A stretch of DNA of 64,000 nt from Planctomycetota bacterium (lineage in GTDB: Bacteria > Planctomycetota > B15-G4 > JADJEK01). The translations under genes and the position numbers were made by a program. A model generated the notes under the pieces. That model saw only the letters and a program-made list of their open reading frames with translations. It did not search any database and had not been told where the DNA came from. Positions 50,948-61,811 of this stretch are shown here, in pieces (the stretch's first letter is position 1; each line of letters starts with the position of its first letter). The DNA lies in NCBI GenBank assembly GCA_044225365.1, contig JBGAIQ010000002.1:128001-192000 (forward strand), in the 5' to 3' direction.

Positions 50948-51043
50948 CGCGCCTCGAAAGCAGCCTCCGCGGGTACGACCATCACTCTACTACTGTGGAG
51001 CAGATGCTTCCTGCGAATCCCCGCTCGCGAATTCAGGGCGTCG

Positions 51044-52963
51044 TCAAGGCGTCGGGCGTTCGAGGCTGCGAATCGAGCTCTCGAGGGCCGTGCGCCAGGT
51101 GGCGAACGCATCGTCCGGGCAAGACGCCGCCGCATAGAGGACCCCCGTGTCCTGGAGAATCGCGAATCGCAGTTCATGCATCGCGACCGGGCCCACGGAA
51201 TACGCCACGCGATACAGATATTGCTTGGCCGTGCCGGGGACGAGCGAGGCGGACTCGACGCGGACGTTCATCGCGCCCGACGCCGCGATCTCGCGTTCGA
51301 TCGCGGCGCGATAGCGCTCGGCCGGACCGACGAGCGGTGCCTCGGGGGGCATGTCCATCACGCCCGCGACGATGCGCATTCCGCTGCCGGCGGCGAGCGG
51401 CTCGAACACGAGACGATCGTTTCCAGAGTCGATGCGCTTCCAATCCTCGGGAACGCGGAGCGCGATCGAGCCATTGCTCGACTTCACCGGCGGCGCGAGG
51501 GCGAACTGCATCTTCCGAACGGTGGTGCGGAACGTCGCGATCGATGCTGCGAACACGTCACCGAGCGTCGCGAATTCGCTCTTCAACGCTGTGGCCGCGA
51601 TCTCGAACGAACGGGTCCGCCCGAAGACGATCGTTCGCTCGCTGCGGATCACGCCGCGCGCCGTCGTCTGCTCGATCGCATATCTCGCCGCGAGTTCGCC
51701 GCCGTAGCTCGTCGCGGAGACCTCGCCCGCCGCGACGTAGTCCTCGCCCGAGAGCGCCTTGAGCACGGCTGCGCGTCGCGTGTTCGCTCGCTCGATCGCG
51801 GCCTGATCGTTCGCGGGTCGCGAGACGTTCTCCTCGGCGAGGGTCACCGCCAACCGCGACGCCGGCGGCCGCACGTTGACCTCGTGGTACGCGACGAGAT
51901 AGCTGCCCGGGCCGTCCTTCTCGAACAGCGCGGGCGGACGGATCGTGAATCCGGCGTCGGCGTCGTCGTACGGCTCGTCGAGTTCGGGCCGCAAGCGGCG
52001 ATCGACGACTCCGACGCTCTGGAAGCAGCGGAGGATCGCGGCCTTCATCGAATCGAAGCGTGATTTCTCACAGTGATGAATGAGTGCGAATCGCCGCCGT
52101 TCGGTCTCGCAGACGAGGACGTCGATGACCGCATCGCCCCGCACGAACCCGAGGTGGATCGCGGGCAACCCGGCTTGGAATGGCTCGTCGGCGGTGAGCG
52201 TGGTGAGCGGGACTTCCGCCATGAGTCGATCGCGCAGGTTCTTCGCGGCGACGTCGAGCGGGAGGTCGAGGTCCTGTCCCATCACCTCGAAGCCGAGCTT
52301 CGCCTTCACTCCCAGGTGCCATTGCGGCGTGAACGTGACATCTCCCGATGGCCGCGGCAATGCGGTCTCGGAAACCCCACCGTAGAGCGCTGGAAGATCG
52401 ATCTCGATTCCGAGTTCGGGGCTCGAGAGCGTCTTGCCGGGCTGCGAGGGATAGGGCGCCGTCGATGGCTTGGCTTCGCGAAACGCCGCGAGTGCCGGCT
52501 CCTCGTCCCCCGCGTTCTTCTCGTCGTGGATCGAGACGACCATCCCGAGGAATCGGTCGCCCACTCGACGCACCGTGAGCAGGGTGATGGGACCCATTGT
52601 GTTCGTGCGGACCATCGGCATGTCCTTCGGCGCGTCCGCGACGACCTCGCCGTAGCTCGTCGCGAAGTCGATCTCGGCCGCGACGGTCCGCGAATCATTG
52701 AGAGCCATCGACGCGTCGACGGTCTCTTCGCCCGCGGGGACGATGAACAGCGAGACCCGCATCTGCTCGGTGGCGAGGCGCCGCGAGATCGCGGCGAAGA
52801 GGACGGGCGGCTCGTGCGCGACGCGCTCGAACTTCGAAGGCAAGGTGAACGCGATGCCCGCGGCGTCGAGTTCGGCGTCTCCGCTCGCCTCGGTGGGAGC
52901 GGGAGTCGTCGTACGAGAACCGAATGCAAGACAGCAGAATGTGAGCGCCAATCCGATCATCAT
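51044..52963 (-). CDS. Exported hypothetical protein with repeated PsbP/DcrB-like domains
   Basis: Signal peptide; recurring GIAFTLPSKF / GIEIDLP / GFTIRPP / IALRVPEDW starts and F..SxxxF ends. Confidence 0.6.
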   Translation of the reverse strand: MMIGLALTFCCLAFGSRTTTPAPTEASGDAELDAAGIAFTLPSKFERVAHEPPVLFAAISRRLATEQMRVSLFIVPAGEETVDASMALNDSRTVAAEIDFATSYGEVVADAPKDMPMVRTNTMGPITLLTVRRVGDRFLGMVVSIHDEKNAGDEEPALAAFREAKPSTAPYPSQPGKTLSSPELGIEIDLPALYGGVSETALPRPSGDVTFTPQWHLGVKAKLGFEVMGQDLDLPLDVAAKNLRDRLMAEVPLTTLTADEPFQAGLPAIHLGFVRGDAVIDVLVCETERRRFALIHHCEKSRFDSMKAAILRCFQSVGVVDRRLRPELDEPYDDADAGFTIRPPALFEKDGPGSYLVAYHEVNVRPPASRLAVTLAEENVSRPANDQAAIERANTRRAAVLKALSGEDYVAAGEVSATSYGGELAARYAIEQTTARGVIRSERTIVFGRTRSFEIAATALKSEFATLGDVFAASIATFRTTVRKMQFALAPPVKSSNGSIALRVPEDWKRIDSGNDRLVFEPLAAGSGMRIVAGVMDMPPEAPLVGPAERYRAAIEREIAASGAMNVRVESASLVPGTAKQYLYRVAYSVGPVAMHELRFAILQDTGVLYAAASCPDDAFATWRTALESSIRSLERPTP

Positions 52964-53073
52964 CGTCCGGCCCTTCGACTCGCAGCGCCAAAGCGACTTC
53001 GCGCCAAATCCAATTCGAACCCGCGGACTTGGGTGTTTGCATCGCGCACCCATACTCTACGATCCAACGTGCC

Positions 53074-55812
53074 ATGTTCGCAGCCATCATTCTCGTCGTC
53101 GCGTCCGCCATGCTCGCTGCGCCCGTTTCGGAGCCGCAGCAGGCCGGCCAAGGGGGACGCGATGAATTGATCGGCGCCTCCTCGATCGTGGCCGCGCCCC
53201 TACCTCCGGGCCTCACGGGCGGCGACCGCGCGCTGAGGACGTTGCGCCAGGGGAAGGACTTCGGGTATCGGCTCGCCGTTCCATCCGGCGCCTACGACCT
53301 CGAAATGGCGTTCGTCGAGCTCCTGTACCGGCGCCCGCGGCAGCGCTTGTTCGACGTCGTCGCGAACGAACGGATCGTCTTCCCGGCCATCGATCCCGTC
53401 GCTTTGGCCGGCCCGGCGCCCGTCGTCGTGACCAAGAAGACGCGCGTCGAAGTCAGCAAGGACGGCCTGCGCATCGCGTTTCGCGCATCGAGCGACCAGG
53501 CGGCGGTGGCCTGGATCCGACTGACGGCGCAGGACGGTCAAATCGTGCGATCCATCGATTGCGGCGGCGACACGGACCTCGAACCGGTCTCGGCGACCGC
53601 GCCGCTCTCCGAACAGATCCTTCCCATCTTTGGTTCGCGGGCGTTCCTCGATCTGCGTCCGCAATGGGGTGATGCCGAAGTCTCGGCGCGCGGCAAATTC
53701 GCCGAGAAGCCGGAGGCCCTGCTCGTCGGTTTCGAAACGGGCGGCGTGACGTACGCGTTGCCGTTCGCGCGCTCGATCCCGGCGGCGCGGCCGTTCGACT
53801 CGGTGACCGAGACGCGCACCGTGACTTCGCTGCGTTACGACGTCGAGTTCGCGGGACGTCTCGGATCGATCGTGTTTCGCGCCCCGTTCGACCCCGGAGA
53901 TCTCGTGGCATCGGCGACGCCTGTCTTCGTCGTCGAGTTCAGTTACGGACCTTCGCCCGATCCGCATGCGGCGCCGGTGAAGGCCCGCGTCGCGCTCGCG
54001 ACTCCAGGGGGCGCCGGCGCGGTCTCGTCGCACGAAGCGGTCTTCGCGTCGCCGACCGCTCCGAGCCGGGCTCTCGTGGTGAGCCGCGTCGAGGGAGAGA
54101 AACGCGACGAGCGCGCGATCGTGCTCGATCCCCTCGCATCGAGCGCGGCTACTCTCCTCGCTGCGCCTCGGGCGATCCAGGTCACGCTGCCGCTCGCCGA
54201 GTTCGAGGATCGGAAGATCTGGATCGCCCTCTACAGCGATCGACCGGTCGTGAACGAGGGATCGAAGGCCTACGCATCCACTCCCGCATCGCGTCATCGA
54301 TCCGTCGACTCGATGCTCGCCTCCTACTTCTGCACCGCCGATCGCCTCCTCGAAGCATCGCGCGTCATCGACTCGCTCGTGGAACGCGCGACGATCCCGG
54401 AGGCGGTGAAAGCGCTGCTGCGCGTCGCGATCCCGTCGTTCCTGCTGAACACTTGCGACGCCTACGCCGCGGACGGCACGCGGTTCTACTCCTGCATCGA
54501 GGGATTCTGCCGCTATCACGCGACACTGGACGTCGAGCTGCACACGAGCGCGTTCTATGCGTGGTTCGCGCCCGAGCTGCTGGCGCTCGAGATCGAGCGG
54601 TGGGCGGCGACCGTGCAACCCGACGACGTGATGTGCCACGACGTCGGCAAGGACGACGTGATCGGCGCGCCGCAGTATCCGCACGCGATGCCCATCGAGG
54701 AGAACACGAATTTCGTGATCCTCCTGCATGCCTATTGGACGAGGACGGGCGACGACGCGTTCGTGCGGCGTCACGCGCCGCTCGTTCAGCGGCTGCTCGC
54801 TCGCGTCCGCCGCGCCGACGTCGACGGCGATGGACTCGCGGAGAGCGACGTCGCGAACACGCTCGATGACGCATCCGCAGCGGTGCAGTACTCGCGGGGC
54901 CAGACCTATCTCGCGGTGAAGACCGCGGCCGCGCACCTCTTCGGTGCGGAGATCCTCGAGTTGCTTTCGACATCGGCGGCTCCGGACGTCGCGACCTGCC
55001 GCGCCTACGCCAAGACGATCGCAGCGACGCTCGAGCAGAAGAGCTGGAGGGGCACGCACTACGCGGTGACTGCGGATCGATCGGCGAAGGGTCTCTTGAG
55101 TCCCTGGGCGGCGAAGCGAGGAACGGAGGCCGGCCCCGTGCCGGCCGAGGTCGCGAATGCCGAGGAGGCGGAGGAGCTCGAAGGTGCAGACTCCGCGAAC
55201 GGACTCGCAGCGCTCGGCGTTCTCGACGCTCTGCGCGGGAACTCGCCGTCGCCGCTCCCGCTCGAGCGCGTGAAGCTCGATCTCACGACTGCATCGCCCC
55301 TGCTCGAGCGACGATTCGTGCTGGCCCACGCCGAGCACGAAGTGAATGGCTGGGTGTCGACCGCGATCGTGCGCGACGCGGTGCGCATCTACCTCGGCGA
55401 CGATCCGCTCTCGAACAGCGAGCGCTACGCGTTGCTCGAATCGCGCAGGAATCGGCAGAGCGATCTGCCGGACTGGGCGGGCTTCTGCGACTCGCCATTC
55501 AATCGCTACCTCAGCTACTACCCTCGTGGCGTCGTCGCGCTCACGCTCGTCGACGCGCTCGCGGGATCGAAGATCGATCGCCGCAAGCACGTGGTCGAGC
55601 TCGCGCCCATGAAAGTGCCTTGCGAACTTCCTCTGCCTTCGTTCGCGGATTGGGATCATCTCGTCGTGCCCTGGCTCGTGGTGAATCGGGCCGCCGACGG
55701 AAGTCTCGAAGCCTCGATCGAGCACGGCGAGCGACTCGCGGACTGCGACGTCACGATCGATCTGCGGGCGCACGGGGGCGCGCGCATCGAGCTACCGCGA
55801 GGGAAGAGATGA
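53074..55812 (+). CDS. Exported malectin-domain protein with glutaminase-A-like/(alpha/alpha)6 glycosidase-like C-terminal domain
   Basis: Malectin-like FGYRLAVPSGAYDLEMAFVEL..QRLFDV; HDVG..YPHAMPIEENTN; YWTRTGDDAFV. Confidence 0.7.
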   Translation: MFAAIILVVASAMLAAPVSEPQQAGQGGRDELIGASSIVAAPLPPGLTGGDRALRTLRQGKDFGYRLAVPSGAYDLEMAFVELLYRRPRQRLFDVVANERIVFPAIDPVALAGPAPVVVTKKTRVEVSKDGLRIAFRASSDQAAVAWIRLTAQDGQIVRSIDCGGDTDLEPVSATAPLSEQILPIFGSRAFLDLRPQWGDAEVSARGKFAEKPEALLVGFETGGVTYALPFARSIPAARPFDSVTETRTVTSLRYDVEFAGRLGSIVFRAPFDPGDLVASATPVFVVEFSYGPSPDPHAAPVKARVALATPGGAGAVSSHEAVFASPTAPSRALVVSRVEGEKRDERAIVLDPLASSAATLLAAPRAIQVTLPLAEFEDRKIWIALYSDRPVVNEGSKAYASTPASRHRSVDSMLASYFCTADRLLEASRVIDSLVERATIPEAVKALLRVAIPSFLLNTCDAYAADGTRFYSCIEGFCRYHATLDVELHTSAFYAWFAPELLALEIERWAATVQPDDVMCHDVGKDDVIGAPQYPHAMPIEENTNFVILLHAYWTRTGDDAFVRRHAPLVQRLLARVRRADVDGDGLAESDVANTLDDASAAVQYSRGQTYLAVKTAAAHLFGAEILELLSTSAAPDVATCRAYAKTIAATLEQKSWRGTHYAVTADRSAKGLLSPWAAKRGTEAGPVPAEVANAEEAEELEGADSANGLAALGVLDALRGNSPSPLPLERVKLDLTTASPLLERRFVLAHAEHEVNGWVSTAIVRDAVRIYLGDDPLSNSERYALLESRRNRQSDLPDWAGFCDSPFNRYLSYYPRGVVALTLVDALAGSKIDRRKHVVELAPMKVPCELPLPSFADWDHLVVPWLVVNRAADGSLEASIEHGERLADCDVTIDLRAHGGARIELPRGKR

Positions 55813-57116
55813 CCGAAGGAAAGCACGACTACGACACGTTGCGCAATGCGGAGGACGCGAAGAAGCACAAGGTCGTGATCGTCGGTGGCGGCTTCGCCGG
55901 GCTGTACGCCGCGCTCGGCCTCGATCGTGACGACCTCGACGTCACCATCGTCGATCAGCGCAATCATCATCTGTTCCAGCCGCTGCTGTATCAGGTGGCG
56001 ACTGCGGCGCTCGCTGCGCCCGACATCGCGGCTCCGATCCGGCGCATCCTGCAAGGGCGAAGGAACGTTCGGGTGCTGCTCGATCGGGTGGTCGGATTCC
56101 GGCTCGAAGAGCGACGACTCGAGCTCGACCGCGGCAGCATCGGCTACGACCAGCTCCTGCTCGCTCCCGGCGCGCGCGACCACTACTTCGGCCACGATGC
56201 TTGGAAAGAACACGCTCCCGGTCTCAAGACGATCGAGGACGCACTTTCGATTCGCAGTCGAATCCTCGCCGCTTTCGAAGCCGCCGAGCGCGAATCGGAT
56301 CGCGAGCGTCGATCCGAGTACCTGACCTTCGTCGTGGTCGGCGGCGGACCGACCGGTGTCGAGCTCGCGGGATCGGTCGCGGAGATCGGCCGTCGCACGC
56401 TGACGAGGAACTTTCGGAACTTCGATCCGACGAGCACGCGCGTCATCCTCGTCGAGGGGGGCGATCGGATCCTCGCGAGCTATCCGAAGGAGCTCTCGGC
56501 GAAGGCGCAGGAGCAGCTCGAGAGGCTCGGCGCCGAGGTACGGCTCGGCGCTCGCGTCGAGGACGTCACGAAGGACGGCGTGCGCATCGGCGGGGAGCTG
56601 CTCGCAGCGCGGACAGTGCTATGGGCGGCAGGTGTGCGCGCGTCGGAGTTGTGTGCGATCCTCGGCGAACGCGGAGTCCCGATCGATCGGCAGGGACGCG
56701 TACTCGTCGAGCCCGACCTCACGGTGAAGGGCCACCCCGAGGTGTTCGTGATGGGCGACGCCGCCGCAGTGAAGCAGGGCGACGGATTCGTTCCGGGCGT
56801 CGCTCCGGCCGCGATCCAAATGGGGAAGCACACCGCGAACAACGTGCTCCGGCGCTTGCGCGGCGAGGGCACGTCACCCTTCGTCTATCGCGACAAGGGT
56901 TCGCTCGCGACGATCGGGCGGCGTGCGGCGGTGGCGGATTTCGGCCGCGTGCGATTCTCCGGCGCGATCGCGTGGCTCGCGTGGCTCTTCATCCACCTGT
57001 TCTTCCTGATCGGGTTCCGCAATCGCCTCGCCGTGATGATCGAGTGGGCGATCGCGTACCTCACGTTTCAGCGCAGCGCGCGAGTGATCCTCACCGACAC
57101 GCGCGACGCGACCTGA
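55809..57116 (+). CDS. ndh: Type II NADH:quinone oxidoreductase
   Basis: VGGGFAG, HLFQPLLYQVAT, VGGGPTGVELAG, WAAGV, YRDKGSLATIGR. Confidence 0.93.
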   Translation: MTEGKHDYDTLRNAEDAKKHKVVIVGGGFAGLYAALGLDRDDLDVTIVDQRNHHLFQPLLYQVATAALAAPDIAAPIRRILQGRRNVRVLLDRVVGFRLEERRLELDRGSIGYDQLLLAPGARDHYFGHDAWKEHAPGLKTIEDALSIRSRILAAFEAAERESDRERRSEYLTFVVVGGGPTGVELAGSVAEIGRRTLTRNFRNFDPTSTRVILVEGGDRILASYPKELSAKAQEQLERLGAEVRLGARVEDVTKDGVRIGGELLAARTVLWAAGVRASELCAILGERGVPIDRQGRVLVEPDLTVKGHPEVFVMGDAAAVKQGDGFVPGVAPAAIQMGKHTANNVLRRLRGEGTSPFVYRDKGSLATIGRRAAVADFGRVRFSGAIAWLAWLFIHLFFLIGFRNRLAVMIEWAIAYLTFQRSARVILTDTRDAT

Positions 57117-58193
57117 TCAGGCGTAGTACTTGCCGAAACGATTCGCGATGAAGTCGTCGTAGCGCACGTCTTCCTGGCGGACGAAGCCCTTCTGCGGCAC
57201 CTTGCCCTGCGCGAGCAGATCGACGACGGCGCAGATTCCCGCGGCCGTCGTGATCTGGATCCCCGACCAGTTCTTGCCGTCGAATTCCTTGTGGTAGACG
57301 GTGCTCGCGTACGTGCGCTCCAGGAAGCGTCCGTTCACGTTGCCGGTCGCGGAGACGAAGATCACGATCTGGTCCTGATCGGTCGCCGGGACCGCGCGGT
57401 CGAAGAGTTCGCAGAGCTGCTTTCGGTTGTGGAGGAACTTCAGATCATGGAGCAGGATCTTCATGATCTCGTTGTGACCGGGATAGCGGATCGACTTGTA
57501 GTTGACGTTGCGCGCGCGGCCCTTCAGCGTGGCGGCGAACGTGCCGAGCCCGCCCGACGTGTTGAAGGCTTCGTATTCGACGCCATCGATGGTGAGCCGC
57601 TCCAGGTTCTCGAGCGCGGGAACCGCGATGAACTCACCGTTGGACAGGACCTCGCACGGATTGCAGTACTCGTTGACGAGCCCTTCCGTGCTCCACGTCA
57701 TGTTGTACTTCAGTCGATTGCTCGGATACCGAGGGAGAGCACCGACGCGCATCTTGAGCTCGTCGATCTCGGTCATACCGGTGACGAGATGGTTCGCGAC
57801 GATGGTGATGAATCCCGGCGCGAGGCCGCACTGCGGGATGAGCGCGACGGGCGATCCCTGCGCGAGCGCTTCGACTTCCTTCGTGACCTTCACGTCCTCC
57901 GTGAGGTCGAGGTAGTGGGCGCCGTTCTTCTTCGAGAGACGCGCGATCATCGGATTGCAGTGGAACGGTGCGCAGGAGACGACGGCCCACGCCCCTTTGA
58001 TGAAGCGATCGACCGCGGCCTCGTCGGCGAAGTCGAGGGCTTCTCCGGTCGCGCCCGGTTTGCCATCGGCGACGGCCTTCGCGGCGGCGCCATTCACGTC
58101 CGAGATGCGAAGCGTGTAGTCATTCGACGTACCGAGGAAGTGGGCGACCATACGGCCGATCTTGCCGGCGCCGAGGAGGGCGATCGTCTTCAT
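57117..58193 (-). CDS. Saccharopine dehydrogenase / lysine 6-dehydrogenase family protein
   Basis: LLGAGKIG, YLDLTEDV, PQCGLAPG, YNMTWSTEGLVNEY, EAFNTSGGLGT. Confidence 0.9.
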   Translation of the reverse strand: MKTIALLGAGKIGRMVAHFLGTSNDYTLRISDVNGAAAKAVADGKPGATGEALDFADEAAVDRFIKGAWAVVSCAPFHCNPMIARLSKKNGAHYLDLTEDVKVTKEVEALAQGSPVALIPQCGLAPGFITIVANHLVTGMTEIDELKMRVGALPRYPSNRLKYNMTWSTEGLVNEYCNPCEVLSNGEFIAVPALENLERLTIDGVEYEAFNTSGGLGTFAATLKGRARNVNYKSIRYPGHNEIMKILLHDLKFLHNRKQLCELFDRAVPATDQDQIVIFVSATGNVNGRFLERTYASTVYHKEFDGKNWSGIQITTAAGICAVVDLLAQGKVPQKGFVRQEDVRYDDFIANRFGKYYA

Positions 58194-58283
58194 GAGTGAG
58201 CTTCGTTTTCGGGTTGCGGGTGATTTCGTCGCTCGAATCTCGCGACGACTGCAAAGCGAGCGAGTCTAGTTGATCCTCGAGGT

Positions 58284-59393
58284 TCAGGCAAGTCCGGCTC
58301 GCCGCGCGAGTCCGACGACGGTATCGGCCCAACCGGCGTCGGAGTTGAGGGATGGGACGAGCCGCAGCTCGCCGCCGCGGCTGCGGAAGTCCCTCGCGGC
58401 GCGGATCCCGATCTCCTCGACGGTCTCGAGGCAATCGGCGACGAACGCGGGACACATGACGGCGACCCTCTTGATGCCGCGCGCTGCGAGATCATGCAGC
58501 ATGAGATCGCTGTACGGCTTGATCCATGGCGTGCGTCCGAGGCGCGACTGGAACCCGATCGACCATTCGATCCCGGCGGCGCCGGCACGGTTCTGCTGCT
58601 CGTCCAATCTGAGCTTCCGCACGATCGCGCGTGCGGTCGCGAAGCACTGCGCCCGATAGCAGTCGCGATTCGCCGCGACGATTCGATCGCAGCAATCGGC
58701 CTTCACGAGGCAATGCGCGCGCGTCGCGTCGCCCTTCTTCATGTGCCGTTCAGGGAGGCCATGGAAGCTGAGCAGGAGATGCTGCGGACGTACTTCGTCC
58801 CCCGCGTACAGGATCGGTCGCGCGATGCGGGCGAAGGCGTCGATGAATCCCGGCTCGTCGTAGAACGCGGGAACGAATTCGAGCCGGGGCGGCGCCTTCA
58901 ACTTCGCGGCGATCTCGCGCACCCGATGGATCGTCGATCCCGTCGAGCTGTCGGCGTGCTGGGGGTAGAGCGGGAACACGACGATCTTCTCGCAGCCGGC
59001 CTTCACGAGCGCATCGAGACCCGAGTGCATTGTCGGCTTGCCGTAGCGCATCGCGAACTCGACCGGCACCCCCGGCAATCGAGCCGCGACCTCGCGCAGC
59101 AGCGCGAGCGAGTGCACGAGCAGCGGCGAGCCCTGCTCGGTCCAGATCGAGCGATAGAGTTCCGCGGACGCGGGCGCTCTCCGCGGCAGTATGACGAAGC
59201 GGAGCAGGAGATGGCGCAGCGGTGCGGGGATGTCGATGACACGGGGATCGGAGAGGAACTCCTGAAGATAGGCGCGCACCGCCTCCGTCGTCGGGGCGTC
59301 GGGCGTCCCGAGATTGACGAGGAGGAGCCCGGTGCGGAGATTCGTGTCGGCCTTGCCGGTCATGCAGGGACTTTCGATCGGACTGTGGGACAT
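58284..59393 (-). CDS. hemH: Ferrochelatase
   Basis: LLVNLGTP, EFLSDPRVID, MRYGKP, PLYPQ, SFHGLP, FQSRLGRTPW, FVADCLETVEEI. Confidence 0.95.
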   Translation of the reverse strand: MSHSPIESPCMTGKADTNLRTGLLLVNLGTPDAPTTEAVRAYLQEFLSDPRVIDIPAPLRHLLLRFVILPRRAPASAELYRSIWTEQGSPLLVHSLALLREVAARLPGVPVEFAMRYGKPTMHSGLDALVKAGCEKIVVFPLYPQHADSSTGSTIHRVREIAAKLKAPPRLEFVPAFYDEPGFIDAFARIARPILYAGDEVRPQHLLLSFHGLPERHMKKGDATRAHCLVKADCCDRIVAANRDCYRAQCFATARAIVRKLRLDEQQNRAGAAGIEWSIGFQSRLGRTPWIKPYSDLMLHDLAARGIKRVAVMCPAFVADCLETVEEIGIRAARDFRSRGGELRLVPSLNSDAGWADTVVGLARRAGLA

Positions 59394-59462
59394 GGGGCAG
59401 GGACTGCTTCGTGCCGAGGGATGGTACTCTCTCGCGATTCACGTCGCAGCGGAAACCGATCG

Positions 59463-61811
59463 ATGCTGAACGAGCAACGCGTGCTCGCGGTGCTTTCCCT
59501 CGCCTTCCTCGTCGTCGCGGGCGGACTGTGCCTGCGCGAGGGAGAGCCACCGCCCGTTCGCGACGAACCCGCGAGTGGGGTCGTCGCGACGGAGTTTGGG
59601 GTCGCGCGGGCCAAGCAGCAACTCGCGTGGATCGCGGCGACGCCGCACCCGATGGTGAGCCGTGCGCATCGCGAGGTGCGCGAGCGGCTCGTGTCGGAGT
59701 TCAAGAGCCTCGGTCTCGAAGTCGTGATCGATGCCGGATTCGTCGACGCGAAGACCGAGGGCATCGACATCGGGCTCGACTACGTGCAGAACGTGGTCGC
59801 GCGTCTCGCGGGCGCCTCGTCCGCGAACGCGATCCTCGTCGCTTCGCACTACGACTCCGCCGGAACCGGGCCTGGAGCGGGGGACGACGGCGCAGGTGTC
59901 GCCGCGATGCTCGAGACGGCGCGCGCGCTCGTCGCGCAGGCGAAGAAGTTCGCGAACGACGTGATCTTCGTCGTCACGGATGGCGAGGAGATCGATCTTC
60001 TCGGCGCGAAGCGCTACGTCCAGCACGGGCCGTGGCGCGAGAACGTCGCCGCCGTTCTCAACTTCGAGGCTCGCGGCGCGGCGGGCCCGAGCATCCTGTT
60101 CGAGACGAGCCGGGCGAACGCGTCGTTGATCGAGCGCTACGGGCGCGTGGCGAAGGACCCGGTCGCGAATTCCCTCGCCTACGAGATCTACCGTTTGATG
60201 CCGAACGACACCGATCTCACGGTGTTCAAGAAGGCCGGATTCAAGGGTCTCAACTTCGCGTTCATCGGCGCGCACGATCACTATCACACGGCGCTCGACA
60301 CGCCCGAGGGACTCTCCGATGCCAGCCTACAGCATCACGGCGAACAGATGCTCGGGCTCGTGCGCGATCTCGCGGATCAGGATCTGAGTCGCCTTCGCGA
60401 CGAGACGGCAGCGAAGACCTACTTTTCGATCCTGCGATCGGGATTCGTCGCATACCCGCAGTGGGGGTCCTACCTCGTCGCGCTCGCGGCCCTCTTGCTG
60501 CTCTGGCGTGCGATTCGGGCGTCGTTTCGCATGGACCGGATCACGAAGCAGGCGCTGCGCGATGGAGTGATCGCGAACCTTCTCGCGATCGCGCTCGCTT
60601 CTGGCGCGAGCTTCGCATTGCGTTCGCTCCTCACGAGCAGCGCTGCGAACGACATCGAGCGCAACTGGCTCGTCATCACGGATGGTCCACTACATCGCAA
60701 CGCGCACTACCTCATCGCGATCTCGCTCCTGACGTTCATCCAACTGCAGATGCGGACGCGGGCGCGGGCCGACGGCTTGTTCGCGGGCGCGCTCCTCGTC
60801 GCGGCGTGCATCCTCGTGGTCGTGACGATCGTCGCGCCCGGGGCGAGCTACGTCCTCTCGTGGCCGCTCGTCTTCTCATCGCTCTCGCTCGAGGTCTTCA
60901 CGACGCGCGAACGCAAGGGACATCTGCCCGCGCGGCGCTTCGTTACCCTCTGCCTCCTCGCGATTCCCGCGATCGTCCTCGTCGCACCGCTCCTCGTCTT
61001 CGGGGCACAGGCGCTCACGCTCGGCGGGATGCCCGTCATCGCGGCGTTCACCGTGCTCGCGCTCGGATTCGTCACTCCGCTCGTGCTCGCCGCGATGGCC
61101 GTTCGTCGACTCTTCGTTCCGCTCGTGAGCGGCGCACTCGCATTCGTCGTGCTCGGCGCGGCGATCTGGAACGGCAACGCCGTTCGCGCGCGCCCGCGTA
61201 TGAACACCCTTCAATACGTCCTCGACGCCGAAGCGGGGACGGCGCGGCTCGCTGGCGCGACGCTCGACGCGTTCGAGCCGGAGTTCAGCGGCCTTTCTCC
61301 GCAGGAGATCGACGGCAAGACGCTGCTGCCGACGATCGAGAACGGCAAGCTCTTCGCGGCGAGCGTCGAGCCGGTCAGCGTCCAGGAGCCGAAGCTCGAA
61401 CTCGTGAGCGCGAAGCTCGACGAGAAGGAGCGCGTGCTCGAGTTGCGCATCGTGCCGCCCCTCGACGTCGATCGCGTCACTCTGCGATTCGATCGCGACG
61501 TGCACGCCGTTCTCACGCAGGCCGCGGACGTCGCGCCCGACGCGAAGGCGCTCGAGAAGTCGCTCGCGACGCAGCGAGGGAAGGACGAGAAGGCATGGCG
61601 CCCGACACAGATCCGTTTGCACGGTTGCCCGGCAGAGGGCGTCGTCGTGCGGATCGCGGCTCCCGCGGGCGCCCCGATCACGGGCGCGATCGTCGGCCGC
61701 TATTACGAGCTTCCAACGCTCAGCGAGCAGAGCTCGCCACGCCGGCCTTGGCTCGTGCCCGCGAGCTGGCGCACGGACTCGACGATCGTGTTCCGACGGT
61801 TCATGTTCTGA
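59463..61811 (+). CDS. M28-family metallopeptidase with multi-TM C-terminal region (ERMP1-like)
   Basis: SHYDS, GAGDDGAGVA, DGEEIDLLGA, NFEARG, PNDTD, YHTALD, then about nine TM segments. Confidence 0.9.
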   Translation: MLNEQRVLAVLSLAFLVVAGGLCLREGEPPPVRDEPASGVVATEFGVARAKQQLAWIAATPHPMVSRAHREVRERLVSEFKSLGLEVVIDAGFVDAKTEGIDIGLDYVQNVVARLAGASSANAILVASHYDSAGTGPGAGDDGAGVAAMLETARALVAQAKKFANDVIFVVTDGEEIDLLGAKRYVQHGPWRENVAAVLNFEARGAAGPSILFETSRANASLIERYGRVAKDPVANSLAYEIYRLMPNDTDLTVFKKAGFKGLNFAFIGAHDHYHTALDTPEGLSDASLQHHGEQMLGLVRDLADQDLSRLRDETAAKTYFSILRSGFVAYPQWGSYLVALAALLLLWRAIRASFRMDRITKQALRDGVIANLLAIALASGASFALRSLLTSSAANDIERNWLVITDGPLHRNAHYLIAISLLTFIQLQMRTRARADGLFAGALLVAACILVVVTIVAPGASYVLSWPLVFSSLSLEVFTTRERKGHLPARRFVTLCLLAIPAIVLVAPLLVFGAQALTLGGMPVIAAFTVLALGFVTPLVLAAMAVRRLFVPLVSGALAFVVLGAAIWNGNAVRARPRMNTLQYVLDAEAGTARLAGATLDAFEPEFSGLSPQEIDGKTLLPTIENGKLFAASVEPVSVQEPKLELVSAKLDEKERVLELRIVPPLDVDRVTLRFDRDVHAVLTQAADVAPDAKALEKSLATQRGKDEKAWRPTQIRLHGCPAEGVVVRIAAPAGAPITGAIVGRYYELPTLSEQSSPRRPWLVPASWRTDSTIVFRRFMF

